Assembly: GCA_036676395.1 (NCBI GenBank)
Contig: JAKFCY010000002.1
Span: forward strand, 64,001-128,000
From: Bdellovibrio sp.
Lineage (GTDB): Bacteria > Bdellovibrionota > Bdellovibrionia > Bdellovibrionales > Bdellovibrionaceae
Length of the DNA stretch: 64,000 nt
Direction of reading: 5' to 3'
Both the position numbers and the translations under genes were made by a program. A model generated the notes under the pieces. It saw only the letters and a program-made list of their open reading frames with translations, made no database searches and had not been told where the DNA came from. Shown here in pieces: positions 10,661-19,493 of this stretch; the stretch's first letter is position 1, and every line of letters begins with the position of its first letter.

Positions 10661-12265
10661 TTAAATAATTGGAACGTCAGTCACTCGTGGATATTGCTTT
10701 TCGACAGGAATAAAATCGGGCTCGATAAATTCGTCGCTATCTATTTTTTTAAGATCTTGTACGGCCGGTCCCTCTAAAACTTTGCCATAACAATCAAAGC
10801 GCGATCCATGGCAAGGGCAGTCCCACGATTTTTCGACGTTATTCCACGAGACAACGCCCCCCAGATGTGGACAAGCGGCTGACATGTAGTGCGCAACACC
10901 TGATTGATTTTTATAGACGGCTACCATACTCATGCCATCACGAAATACACTGCCTTCGTTTATACGCAAGTCATCTAGATCTGGTTTTGGACTAAATGAA
11001 AGCCATTTGCCGTATTGACCAGCCACATTTAAATTTTCTCTGAAGTAATTTGGCGTTGAAAGTAAACTAATTCGCGAAGGATTATATAAATCCTCCCACG
11101 GATTTTCTCGTTGCATGATTTGATCAGTGACAATCATCGCGCCAATAGTGCTATGGGTAATCCCGTTACCGGCATCGCCGGTGATAACATACACATTGTC
11201 GCGATCAAGCGGGTTGTGGCCTAAAAAGCCAATGCCATCAACCGGTTCCATGACTTGGCCCGACCAGCGATAAACCAAATTTACAATGGTTGAAAAGCGG
11301 GCGCGCGCCCATTCTTCAAGTTTTAAAAAGCTATGTTCGGGATGATTTTCTTGTCCGGTTTTGTGATCTTCGCCGCCAATAATTAATAAATCATATTTAT
11401 CAGCTGGAATTTTTTCAAGCCGAATGTAACGATAAGGATCACTGGTATCCCAGTATAAACCTTTGGCCACGCTGTCTTTGATGACATGAAATCCGATAGC
11501 ATAAGTGCGATAGGGAGCTTGTTTGGTGTGAATCGCAAATACATCATTCACCGGAGTATTAGTTGCGACTACAAGTGATGAACAAGTAACGATGGCGCCA
11601 TTTTGAGTTTTAACAGCTGCAAAATCACGATTATGAAATTCAATAGCATGTGTGTGTGTAAAAATTCTACCACCGCCTTCAACAATCGCGTGTGCAAGGC
11701 CTGCTAAATATTTTGCGGGGTTAAATTGCAATTGGCGTGGAAACGATAAGCAATGACCGGTTTTAAAATTTGTCAGCGGTGCATTTTCTAACATTTTTGC
11801 ATAAATTAAACCAGCTCTGCGAACAGCATGATGTTCGCGCATTAGTACATCGCTTTCTGAATCATCGCCTTGAAATAAATAACCGGTAAGACGTTCTAAT
11901 TCACAGTCTATTTTTTCGCGGTTCACAATTTGCTCGATGCGATCAAGAGCGGCCGTGTGGCTTTGGGCGATTAGGCGTGTGCCTTCTTCGCTGTGATACA
12001 TTTCTAAATCAAAATAGCGTGTGCCTAAGACACTTGACCCATGCGCAGTTGTTCGACCAGATTGGCCGCTACCAATTTCAAAACTTTCAAGCACGCAAAC
12101 GGATTTTCCTTCTTTCATCAGCGAATACGCCGTTGTTAATCCGGCAAAGCCCCCCCCGACGATACAGACATCAACATTTATGTTTTCTTTGAGCAGCTCA
12201 AAGGTTGGCATCTCAACGGTGTCTAACCATACTGACAGGCTTTCGCCAGGATGTAACTGATTCAT
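10661..12265 (-). CDS. FAD-dependent oxidoreductase with C-terminal Rieske domain (YhfW-like)
   Basis: GGGFAG dinucleotide motif, GRTTAH, Rieske CPHLG...WDCPCHGS. Confidence 0.93.
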   Translation of the reverse strand: MNQLHPGESLSVWLDTVEMPTFELLKENINVDVCIVGGGFAGLTTAYSLMKEGKSVCVLESFEIGSGQSGRTTAHGSSVLGTRYFDLEMYHSEEGTRLIAQSHTAALDRIEQIVNREKIDCELERLTGYLFQGDDSESDVLMREHHAVRRAGLIYAKMLENAPLTNFKTGHCLSFPRQLQFNPAKYLAGLAHAIVEGGGRIFTHTHAIEFHNRDFAAVKTQNGAIVTCSSLVVATNTPVNDVFAIHTKQAPYRTYAIGFHVIKDSVAKGLYWDTSDPYRYIRLEKIPADKYDLLIIGGEDHKTGQENHPEHSFLKLEEWARARFSTIVNLVYRWSGQVMEPVDGIGFLGHNPLDRDNVYVITGDAGNGITHSTIGAMIVTDQIMQRENPWEDLYNPSRISLLSTPNYFRENLNVAGQYGKWLSFSPKPDLDDLRINEGSVFRDGMSMVAVYKNQSGVAHYMSAACPHLGGVVSWNNVEKSWDCPCHGSRFDCYGKVLEGPAVQDLKKIDSDEFIEPDFIPVEKQYPRVTDVPII

Positions 12266-12342
12266 AAAATTCCTTTTTTATTCAAACATTATTTTTTTAC
12301 GGCTTAGGCTAAGCTTTATCTGTAGTCTTTTTGCAAAACTTG

Positions 12343-12359
12343 TTGCAAAACTTGTTCCC
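12343..12359 (-). promoter_or_regulatory. Putative sigma54 promoter for the yhfW-SRPBCC-ybdR operon
   Basis: GGGAACAAGTTTTGCAA = GG-N10-GC. Confidence 0.7.
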
Positions 12360-12392
12360 GCGCAGATAAGGCTGCCACCGGGGAATTTTGCC

Positions 12393-12409
12393 TAGGAATA
12401 TTTTTTGCT
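12393..12409 (+). promoter_or_regulatory. Putative sigma54 promoter for GSP26 gene
   Basis: TAGGAATATTTTTTGCT = GG-N10-GC. Confidence 0.65.
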
Positions 12410-12446
12410 AAATAAGAAAGGGTTAATACTTTACGAAAGGCTTTTT

Positions 12447-12956
12447 ATGAAAAATGAATTAAAAAAATCTCCGACCGAAGATCTGCGTATCATTGGCGAG
12501 ATTATCGATAGCGCAGGCATTTGCATGTTGACCACACACAATCATGCCGGCGGGCTTTGTAGCCGGCCAATGTATACGCAAGAGCTTGATGAAAATGGCA
12601 ACATCTGGTTTTTTACGTCTTCAGGTTCGCATCTTGTTTCAGAAATTCGAAATAATCACCAGGTTCATCTTACCTACACGGCCGGAAAAGAAAAATTTGT
12701 CGCAGCCTCTGCATTGGCTCACGAGGTTTTTGATCGCGCGCGCATGATTCAATTATGGACGCCAATGATGAAAGCTTGGTTTCCGCAAGGTATCGAAACA
12801 CCAGATTTAGTTTTATTACGTTTAGAATTGCAAGATGTTGAATATTGGGATGCTCCAAGTTCGCCGGTGGTTAAAGTGGCGGGATTTTTTAAATCTATGG
12901 TCAGCAATGAACCGTACAAACCAGCCCACCACGAGAAAGTAAATTTACATCATTAG
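12447..12956 (+). CDS. General stress protein 26 / pyridoxamine-oxidase-like FMN-binding protein
   Basis: CMLTT...SRPM, IWFFT, LW.P..KAWFP.G...PDL, EYWD; start at ATG 12447. Confidence 0.88.
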   Translation: MKNELKKSPTEDLRIIGEIIDSAGICMLTTHNHAGGLCSRPMYTQELDENGNIWFFTSSGSHLVSEIRNNHQVHLTYTAGKEKFVAASALAHEVFDRARMIQLWTPMMKAWFPQGIETPDLVLLRLELQDVEYWDAPSSPVVKVAGFFKSMVSNEPYKPAHHEKVNLHH

Positions 12957-12980
12957 ATATTACTGCGGCTTCGCCACAAG

Positions 12981-13247
12981 TTATGATGTTAGGTTTTGAA
13001 TTTTTTCTTGAATAGGACGATCTATCATGAAATGCCCTTGCGTTTTGGCGCAATGGGCACTGCAGTAAAATTCGCCCTCAGCCTCAACGCCATGACCAAT
13101 GATTAAAGTATTACAGCACGAACAATGTGGAGCTAGTTTTGAAATGGCGCATTCAAAACAATCAAATACGTGCTCTTCACCATTCATTTTAACCGTAAAA
13201 GCTTTGTCATAGTTGTTGCCGCATTTTTCACAAGTTTGCATTTCCAT
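12981..13247 (-). CDS. Small Cys-rich prokaryotic metallothionein-like protein
   Basis: CEKCGN.YDKAF, FDCFECAI..LAP.C..C..IIGHGVE, YCSAHCA; 9 Cys. Confidence 0.8.
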   Translation of the reverse strand: MEMQTCEKCGNNYDKAFTVKMNGEEHVFDCFECAISKLAPHCSCCNTLIIGHGVEAEGEFYCSAHCAKTQGHFMIDRPIQEKIQNLTS

Positions 13248-13259
13248 GGTATTCCTTTT

Positions 13260-13793
13260 TTATCTAACGGTTGATTTAATGACTCCGCAGGCAATGCGTG
13301 GAGCTGATTTTTTAGTTTTATCGTCAGGTCCGGCATGCACAATGATGGCCCGGTCAGTAATGCTATAAGTACCACTGACGGCGCCGCTAATTGATAATTG
13401 TGAAACTGAAAAGCTGCCTTCAGCCGTGCCAGTTCTATTACTGCTAATTTGTGGCAGATCACCGGCGTATAAATCCGGAAAATCCAATGAGGTGCCATGA
13501 CCTTCGTGGCCAGGCAGCTTGGCATAGTGTGCACCGGCAGATTTGCCATCGACAGATGAACAATCTGGTTTTTCATGAATGTGTAAACCAAATTTTTTTT
13601 TGTTGGGTAAGTTTTTAATTTTATAAATAACGTTAAGCTTGTCTCGATCTTGAATAAAATCAATTTGTCCCGAGACTTGCGATCCATTTTTAGGTTGTAA
13701 TTCAGCAGTCAATTTTTCGTTAATAGTTGGTGCGGCGAAAGCTAAAGTCGCGCCGAAACAGGCCGCAATAAAAGAAAACGCAGATGTTTTCAT
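13260..13793 (-). CDS. sodC: Periplasmic Cu/Zn superoxide dismutase
   Basis: Signal peptide, GLHIHE, SAGAH, GDLP, IVHAGPDD, RIACGVI; ATG 13793 with AGGAG SD. Confidence 0.9.
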   Translation of the reverse strand: MKTSAFSFIAACFGATLAFAAPTINEKLTAELQPKNGSQVSGQIDFIQDRDKLNVIYKIKNLPNKKKFGLHIHEKPDCSSVDGKSAGAHYAKLPGHEGHGTSLDFPDLYAGDLPQISSNRTGTAEGSFSVSQLSISGAVSGTYSITDRAIIVHAGPDDKTKKSAPRIACGVIKSTVR

Positions 13794-13806
13794 TGTTCTC
13801 CTGATA

Positions 13807-13849
13807 AAATAAAAAAGACCAGATACTAGACATCTCGTATCAGGCCTTT
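13807..13849 (-). terminator. Terminator-like hairpin in the sodC leader
   Basis: AAAGGCCTGATAC...GTATCTGGTCTTT stem followed by a U-run on the minus strand. Confidence 0.6.
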
Positions 13850-13973
13850 CGCGGTTACTATGAGTATCAGTCATTGTAGTCGCGATTGTCTCTGCGAGGC
13901 ATTAATTGCATTATTTTCGACAAGCGAATTAATGAATTTCTGCCCTCCATGTCACATTGACGAAATTAGATAA

Positions 13974-13990
13974 TGCAGGGGTTGTGCCAG
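13974..13990 (-). promoter_or_regulatory. Putative sigma54 promoter (near consensus)
   Basis: CTGGCACAACCCCTGCA. Confidence 0.8.
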
Positions 13991-14024
13991 CATCAGAAGA
14001 AATTTAAGCGAATTTCAAGTGGCT

Positions 14025-14060
14025 AAAAAAAGAAATCGCCCCGGGTGTAGGGGGCGATTT
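14025..14060 (-). terminator. Rho-independent terminator after small ORF 14126-14320
   Basis: AAATCGCCCC...GGGGCGATTT followed by CTTTTTTT on the minus strand. Confidence 0.75.
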
Positions 14061-14125
14061 GATCACGCGAACTCAGAGATAGCTAAGTTGCCTTAGCTAT
14101 CTCTGAAACTGCAGTGAATTAAAAT

Positions 14126-14320
14126 TTAGATGGGTGCTGGTAATCGGCGACGCTGATTGCGCTCTTTAAGCTTATTAAAAAAATTAATATCGCCAGATAA
14201 TAGTTTGCGTGTGTTCTCAACCAAAACATTGCGAACTTGCAAAGGTGATTTTTTGTTTTTCGTTTTGCGCGTAACAGCTTTTGCGCGACGTTTTAAAATA
14301 TTTTGGGCCATTTTCTTCAT
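14126..14320 (-). CDS. Small highly basic hypothetical protein
   Basis: 64 aa, AAGGAG SD, own sigma54-like promoter and terminator. Confidence 0.7.
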   Translation of the reverse strand: MKKMAQNILKRRAKAVTRKTKNKKSPLQVRNVLVENTRKLLSGDINFFNKLKERNQRRRLPAPI

Positions 14321-14366
14321 AAGCTTTCTCCTTACTCAGTCGATGAGTTTGATAGTTTTTAAAAGG

Positions 14367-14382
14367 AGCAAACAATATGCCG
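14367..14382 (-). promoter_or_regulatory. Putative sigma54 promoter
   Basis: CGGCATATTGTTTGCT. Confidence 0.75.
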
Positions 14383-14484
14383 CACGAGGGTTTTGTAATT
14401 CTTGTCCAGACTTCTAGCAAAAACAGTCCGTATCAAAAAATCTTAACCGAAAACAGCCTAAATAATAGGATGTTTAAATTATAC

Positions 14485-14523
14485 GGGGAATAATTCTACT
14501 TTTTTCTTGGGGAAATTTTCTAC
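14485..14523. promoter_or_regulatory. Tandem candidate activator (bEBP) binding sites
   Basis: GGGGAATAATTCTAC (14485) and GGGGAAATTTTCTAC (14509), 24 bp apart. Confidence 0.55.
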
Positions 14524-14565
14524 GTATGTTACAGCTTCGCTATAAATAAGAGGGGATTTATAAGC

Positions 14566-15969
14566 ATGAAAAAAGCAAAGATCTTAATGATTGATGATGA
14601 TAAAGATATTCAAGAACTTATCTCTAGTTTTTTTAAAGTTCGTAACTACGATGTGATCTGTTACGACGACGCGCAAACAGCCTTAGAAGACATCAGCAGC
14701 GCCAAAGTTAAAGGTGACGTGATTATCACTGACTTAATGTTGCCAGGTATTTCAGGGATCGAATTCACACAGCGCCTAAAAGTTTTGGGTAGCGAAATAC
14801 CGATTATTTTAATCACGGCTAACAAAAAAGTAGAAACTGCAGTTGAAGCCATCGCTGCCGGCGCTTATGACTTCGTTGTTAAGCCATTACATTTTCCACA
14901 ATTATTAGTTTCAGTTGAAAGGGCCCTTTATTTAACACGTGTTGAAGAAGAAAACTCGACTCTTAAGTCTGTAGTGCAGTTGCAAGAAGGGCATAACAGT
15001 CTAGAGGGTATTATCGGTAAAAGTGCAGGTATCAAAAATGCGCTAGAGTTGGCTCGCCGGGTCTCGCAATCAAATGCCAATATTTTAATTACCGGCGAGA
15101 GCGGCGTTGGTAAAGAAGTCATCGCGAAAGCCATTCATAATATGGGTTCACGTAAAAAAGCTCCGTTCGTCGCAATCAATTGTTCGGCAATTCCTGAAAA
15201 TCTTTTAGAGTCAGAGCTATTCGGACATTCTAAAGGGGCCTTCACCGGAGCGATCGATAAAAAAATGGGTTTATTTGAAGAAGCCGATGGCGGAACTTTA
15301 TTCTTAGACGAGATCGGTGATTTAACGTTGCCATTACAGGCAAAAATTCTACGTGTTTTACAAGAAAAGAAAATTAAACGTATTGGTGAAAATCAATACC
15401 GCAACGTGAATGTTCGTATTTTGTCAGCAACCCATAAGAACTTACGCCAAGAGATTATTGATCGTAATTTTCGCGAAGATTTATTTTTTCGATTAAATGT
15501 GATTCCGATTTGGATTCCGCCTTTACGAGAACGTAAAGAAGATATCTTGCCACTTTCAGAATTTTTCTTACGTAAATATTCAGCGTTAAATAACACCAAG
15601 ATCAAGCAGTTCAGCAAAGAGGCCCATGACTATTTGGCTACGAATGCTTGGCCGGGTAACGTGCGTGAACTTGAAAACACGATTGAGCGGGCGATTGTTC
15701 TTTCTAATTCGGCCTTAATTCGCTTAGAAGACGTGTGTTCTGCTGAAAACCGCAGTTCTGGCGAAAATAAAGAAGAGGCTGGTTTACGCTTTCCTGCCTT
15801 TGGTAATGCCAAGGTGCTAACTGTTGAGCAGTTAGTTAATAAGTACGTGCAGCATGTGTTAGATCTAAATAACGGCGCTAAAGAAAAGACCGCACGTGAT
15901 CTGCAGATCGACCGTAAAACGCTCTACAGACGCCTACGCGAGATCGATAACCATCAGCTAGAGCACTAG
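14566..15969 (+). CDS. NtrC-family sigma54-dependent response regulator (REC-AAA+-HTH)
   Basis: REC (IDDD, TDLMLP, VKP), Walker A GESGVGKE, GAFTGA, LFLDEIG, WPGNVREL, Fis-type HTH. Confidence 0.96.
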   Translation: MKKAKILMIDDDKDIQELISSFFKVRNYDVICYDDAQTALEDISSAKVKGDVIITDLMLPGISGIEFTQRLKVLGSEIPIILITANKKVETAVEAIAAGAYDFVVKPLHFPQLLVSVERALYLTRVEEENSTLKSVVQLQEGHNSLEGIIGKSAGIKNALELARRVSQSNANILITGESGVGKEVIAKAIHNMGSRKKAPFVAINCSAIPENLLESELFGHSKGAFTGAIDKKMGLFEEADGGTLFLDEIGDLTLPLQAKILRVLQEKKIKRIGENQYRNVNVRILSATHKNLRQEIIDRNFREDLFFRLNVIPIWIPPLRERKEDILPLSEFFLRKYSALNNTKIKQFSKEAHDYLATNAWPGNVRELENTIERAIVLSNSALIRLEDVCSAENRSSGENKEEAGLRFPAFGNAKVLTVEQLVNKYVQHVLDLNNGAKEKTARDLQIDRKTLYRRLREIDNHQLEH

Positions 15970-15980
15970 GGTGGTTGCAT

Positions 15981-16019
15981 AAAAAAGCCTTCTACAGTTT
16001 GGTAGAAGGCTTTTTTTTT
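15981..16019. terminator. Bidirectional intrinsic terminator
   Basis: AAAAAAGCCTTCTAC-agtttg-GTAGAAGGCTTTTTTTTT between convergent genes. Confidence 0.9.
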
Positions 16020-16035
16020 ACAAAAAATTATAAAA

Positions 16036-16314
16036 TTAAACGTGGGCGTTTTGAATGGCTGTAGAAAATTTTTCGACCAGCTCTTTTAATTGCGTTAGGT
16101 CTTTGGCTTTTGCCGCTTGTTCCATAGCCACGGCTACACCTGTCAGTTCATCAAAGCCAAAAGTGACTGCATTACCCTTAATTTGATGACCAATGCGCTC
16201 TAAAAAACCAAAATCCTGCTTAGATACGGCTTCCTGACAAGCTGTTATATCTTGTTTGCGGCGATCTAAATATTTTTGGCGAGCCTCAATGGGAACTTGC
16301 ATGGTATCTATCAT
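16036..16314 (-). CDS. Hpt (histidine phosphotransfer) protein
   Basis: IGHQIKGNAVTFGF motif, 92 aa helical. Confidence 0.88.
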   Translation of the reverse strand: MIDTMQVPIEARQKYLDRRKQDITACQEAVSKQDFGFLERIGHQIKGNAVTFGFDELTGVAVAMEQAAKAKDLTQLKELVEKFSTAIQNAHV

Positions 16315-18448
16315 AATTATCCTTGGCTTTTAAAGCAACTTTTCTGGCTGATATGTCTTTTGTTGAGTCATTAACGATGGTTAAGATTTGTTTTATAAGG
16401 GTGTCTTGGCTGACAGGTTTTGTTATTAAGCCTATGCATCCTGATTCAAGACTGCTTTTCTTTTCTGCTGATGAGGCATGGGCAGTCAGGGCTATAATTG
16501 GATTTTTAAATCCTTCAATACGCAAACGGCGAGTGGCCTCCAAGCCATCCATTTGCGGAAGCTGAATATCCATCAATATTAAGTCGTAGTCTTCTTCGCG
16601 CACGCGACGAATGGCAGAAATTCCATTATCAACAACATCGGGTATAGCTCCTACCGAGCGTAAGAAGAATTCAAAGATTTCCTGGTTATCCTCAGAGTCT
16701 TCCACAATGAGAATTCTTTTTCCGGCCAATTGGTTGTAATTCTGCAATTGGCTTGAAGCTTTCGCTTGCGCGATTTCTGTCATTACCGTTTCTGACCACT
16801 TTACATTTTCAATTTCACCGCAGGGTATTTTTAATTCAAAAGTTGAGCCCCGGCCAATACGGCTATCAATCAAAGTAACATCGCCGCCGAATTGCTGGGC
16901 CATTCGTTTCGAAACAACAAGTCCTAATCCTATGCCGCCAAAACGACGAGTACTTGAAACGTCGGCCTGTGAAAAAGATTGAAATAAATCAGCTTGATCC
17001 TGTTTAGAAATACCGATGCCAGTATCTTTCACGCGAATAGTGATAAATTTCTGTCCGGTCGGGCTTGATTCAATTTTAAAATGTACGCTGACGCCACCGT
17101 TTTCGGTAAATTTAACGGCATTGCCTAAAAGATTTGTCATGACTTGTTTAACGCGGGATTCAGCGGCGATAACGTATTCAGGTAAAGCCCCTTCGCTTGA
17201 AATATTAAATTTAATACTTTTAGCATCAGCGCGATTATTCATCGTGACCAAGACACCTTCAAATAATGATCTCAACGAAATATTTTGTGTCGTGATCATT
17301 ATTTTACCAAATTCGATATTTGAAATATCTAAGATATTATCAATGATACCGGTTAAGTGAGAGCTGTTTTTTTGGATATTTTCGATAAGAACGTGACGCT
17401 CATTCTGATTTTCGGTTCGGCTTAATATTTCAGAATACCCAGTGATCGCGTTTAGCGGCGTGCGAATTTCGTGACTCATGTTCGCTAAAAATGCTGATTT
17501 CATGCGATTAGATTCTTCGAGTAACAGTTTTTCTTTAGCTTCATGGTGAATAGTGTTTTCAAATTGTTTAAAAAAGCTTAGCAGTAGCCCAATAACTAAG
17601 ACTGTGGCTAAAGCCACAATATGGCCCAGATAGCGATCGCTGAGCGAAAGAAAGCCAGGCATGGCCACGGCGGTGATCTTCCAGCGTTTGCCATATAAAT
17701 CAATTTCTTGAATTTTGTGAAATGATTCGCTGTTCACGCTCTGTGGAAAACGTGTGTAAGCTAAAGTCTCTTTCTGGGTTTCAGGATCAATCAAAGTTAA
17801 CGAAAAATTCACATGCTCTTTATGGGGATTTGGCTGCCCCAGAATATTCGTAAATAGATCATCCATTGTTACCGGAATATATATTAAACCCAGTGATTTT
17901 TGCTGACGTTCTTTAATTGAGCCAGGTGTTTGCAATTGGCCAAAATACGGTAGCGTTAAAGTCATCGAGAATTTCTGGTAGTTATTTTTAGAGGTCTCTG
18001 TTTTGAACGGATAAGTTAAGGTAATAGAAGTTGCGTGGAGCGCATTTAAGATATCGGTTTTATGACTGTTGGGCAGTCGTTGCGCAAGTTTTTTTAATTG
18101 TGCACGTGATGAAAAGCCTAAACCAACTAGCTTATAGGTATCTGATTGCCCCTGTAAATTTTCACTGAAGCTACGAAAGTGTCTATGATCAGGTAGCTGA
18201 GCATGATGGGTATCAAGGTGGGCGCGGGTGTAAGCTAAAGAAAAAGCGTAAGTATTTAAACTGTTCGCTAAAGCCGACGTCATTGATTCAGTTTCAAACT
18301 CGAGGCGATGATTCACATCTTTTTGAATTGATTTGTGGATATGAGTCCAAGAGATAAAGCCAATGATAGTAAGACCGGCGATAAGCGCGGTGAAGATCTC
18401 CTTATCAAAGAAGACTGAAAATGTATTTTTAAGAAAAGACTTTGCCAT
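16286..18448 (-). CDS. Hybrid sensor kinase with CHASE-like input and C-terminal receiver
   Basis: TM-periplasmic (ends LYGKRWKI)-TM, FLANMSHEIRTPL, GNAVKFT, DTGIG, GGIGLGL, REC (VEDSED, MDIQLP); start at ATG 18448. Confidence 0.92.
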   Translation of the reverse strand: MAKSFLKNTFSVFFDKEIFTALIAGLTIIGFISWTHIHKSIQKDVNHRLEFETESMTSALANSLNTYAFSLAYTRAHLDTHHAQLPDHRHFRSFSENLQGQSDTYKLVGLGFSSRAQLKKLAQRLPNSHKTDILNALHATSITLTYPFKTETSKNNYQKFSMTLTLPYFGQLQTPGSIKERQQKSLGLIYIPVTMDDLFTNILGQPNPHKEHVNFSLTLIDPETQKETLAYTRFPQSVNSESFHKIQEIDLYGKRWKITAVAMPGFLSLSDRYLGHIVALATVLVIGLLLSFFKQFENTIHHEAKEKLLLEESNRMKSAFLANMSHEIRTPLNAITGYSEILSRTENQNERHVLIENIQKNSSHLTGIIDNILDISNIEFGKIMITTQNISLRSLFEGVLVTMNNRADAKSIKFNISSEGALPEYVIAAESRVKQVMTNLLGNAVKFTENGGVSVHFKIESSPTGQKFITIRVKDTGIGISKQDQADLFQSFSQADVSSTRRFGGIGLGLVVSKRMAQQFGGDVTLIDSRIGRGSTFELKIPCGEIENVKWSETVMTEIAQAKASSQLQNYNQLAGKRILIVEDSEDNQEIFEFFLRSVGAIPDVVDNGISAIRRVREEDYDLILMDIQLPQMDGLEATRRLRIEGFKNPIIALTAHASSAEKKSSLESGCIGLITKPVSQDTLIKQILTIVNDSTKDISARKVALKAKDNYDRYHASSH

Positions 18449-18588
18449 ACAGTTGTTTGGTTTTTTACACAGGGCAAAGGGGGGATTCAAAAAATTAATT
18501 TAATATAATTTTAATGGGGCAAATTTCACCAAAGCACCCAATTAAATCACTAAATTGGGCACTTTGTCGCAGTATTTGATTACAAAAA

Positions 18589-18780
18589 TTACAAAGACTG
18601 CTCAAGGCGTAGCAAACGGTGCTCGATCATTCGAGTCATGGGTATGACATAGTCATGAAGAACTCGTTTTGAAAACTCTTTTATGCGTGTCGTGGCTGTA
18701 GAGGTCGTTGAACGATGGGTCGCTGTTTTTTTATCGTTACGTGTGTCTGCGCGATGATGTTTTTTTTGAGTTTTGGTCAT
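18589..18780 (-). CDS. Small basic hypothetical protein
   Basis: 63 aa, GGAGG SD, sigma54-like promoter, downstream hairpin 18530-18566. Confidence 0.65.
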   Translation of the reverse strand: MTKTQKKHHRADTRNDKKTATHRSTTSTATTRIKEFSKRVLHDYVIPMTRMIEHRLLRLEQSL

Positions 18781-18820
18781 AATTGCCTCCGTAGTTTGAA
18801 AAATAATATTGTAAGCGCTA

Positions 18821-18837
18821 TTGCAATTTGAAAGCCG
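18821..18837 (-). promoter_or_regulatory. Putative sigma54 promoter
   Basis: CGGCTTTCAAATTGCAA. Confidence 0.65.
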
Positions 18838-18846
18838 CGAAGCTGT

Positions 18847-18862
18847 TGGAAAGAATTTTGCT
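18847..18862 (+). promoter_or_regulatory. Putative sigma54 promoter
   Basis: TGGAAAGAATTTTGCT. Confidence 0.65.
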
Positions 18863-18876
18863 TAACTAAGTTTATT

Positions 18877-19485
18877 ATGGTGAACAAACCCGCTTATGGA
18901 CGTGATTTTGACCGCGATAAGAACCTAACCTATCGACCACAGGATGAATCCGGCGATTTGGAACATATTTCGCCGTTCTTTGCCCCAATGCCCAGACCAG
19001 ATAGTGTAGTTAATATTATCATCCGACAGCATCAAGAATTACGTGAATACATTCATGTGTTTAAGATGGCCAATTCTACTCCTGCAGAAAAGCAGACTGC
19101 ACTGCTTGATTTTGTAAATCTGTGGCTGGCTCATGCGCAAGCCGAAGAAAATACGCTTTATGAAGAGGTCACCTTTTCTTCTGAATTAAAACCACTTCTG
19201 GATGAAGCTTTTGAAGAACATGCGATCGCCCAAATTTTAATTGAAGAGCTCGAAGCCTTAAACTTTCGTTTAAACTGGAATTCTATGATTCAAATCAAAG
19301 CAAAGACTTTGGCTGAAGTTGTCGAACACCATCTTAAAAATGAAGAAGAAACCTATTTAAAATTAATTTTAGATTTACTTCCGCAAGAAGACCTGCAATT
19401 ACTCGGGCGCGAGTTCGTACGCCAATTTGAAGCAATTGCAGCTCATAACAAAGTCTCGCTTAAACCTTCGCGCGTTTTATCTTAA
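18877..19485 (+). CDS. Hemerythrin/HHE cation-binding domain protein
   Basis: QH, HAQAEE..LY, EEH, HHLKNEE. Confidence 0.85.
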   Translation: MVNKPAYGRDFDRDKNLTYRPQDESGDLEHISPFFAPMPRPDSVVNIIIRQHQELREYIHVFKMANSTPAEKQTALLDFVNLWLAHAQAEENTLYEEVTFSSELKPLLDEAFEEHAIAQILIEELEALNFRLNWNSMIQIKAKTLAEVVEHHLKNEEETYLKLILDLLPQEDLQLLGREFVRQFEAIAAHNKVSLKPSRVLS

Positions 19486-19493
19486 CCGCTATC

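Noticed and set aside
13184..13687. 167-aa minus-strand ORF
   Set aside because: Alternative frame inside sodC, with no SD or motifs
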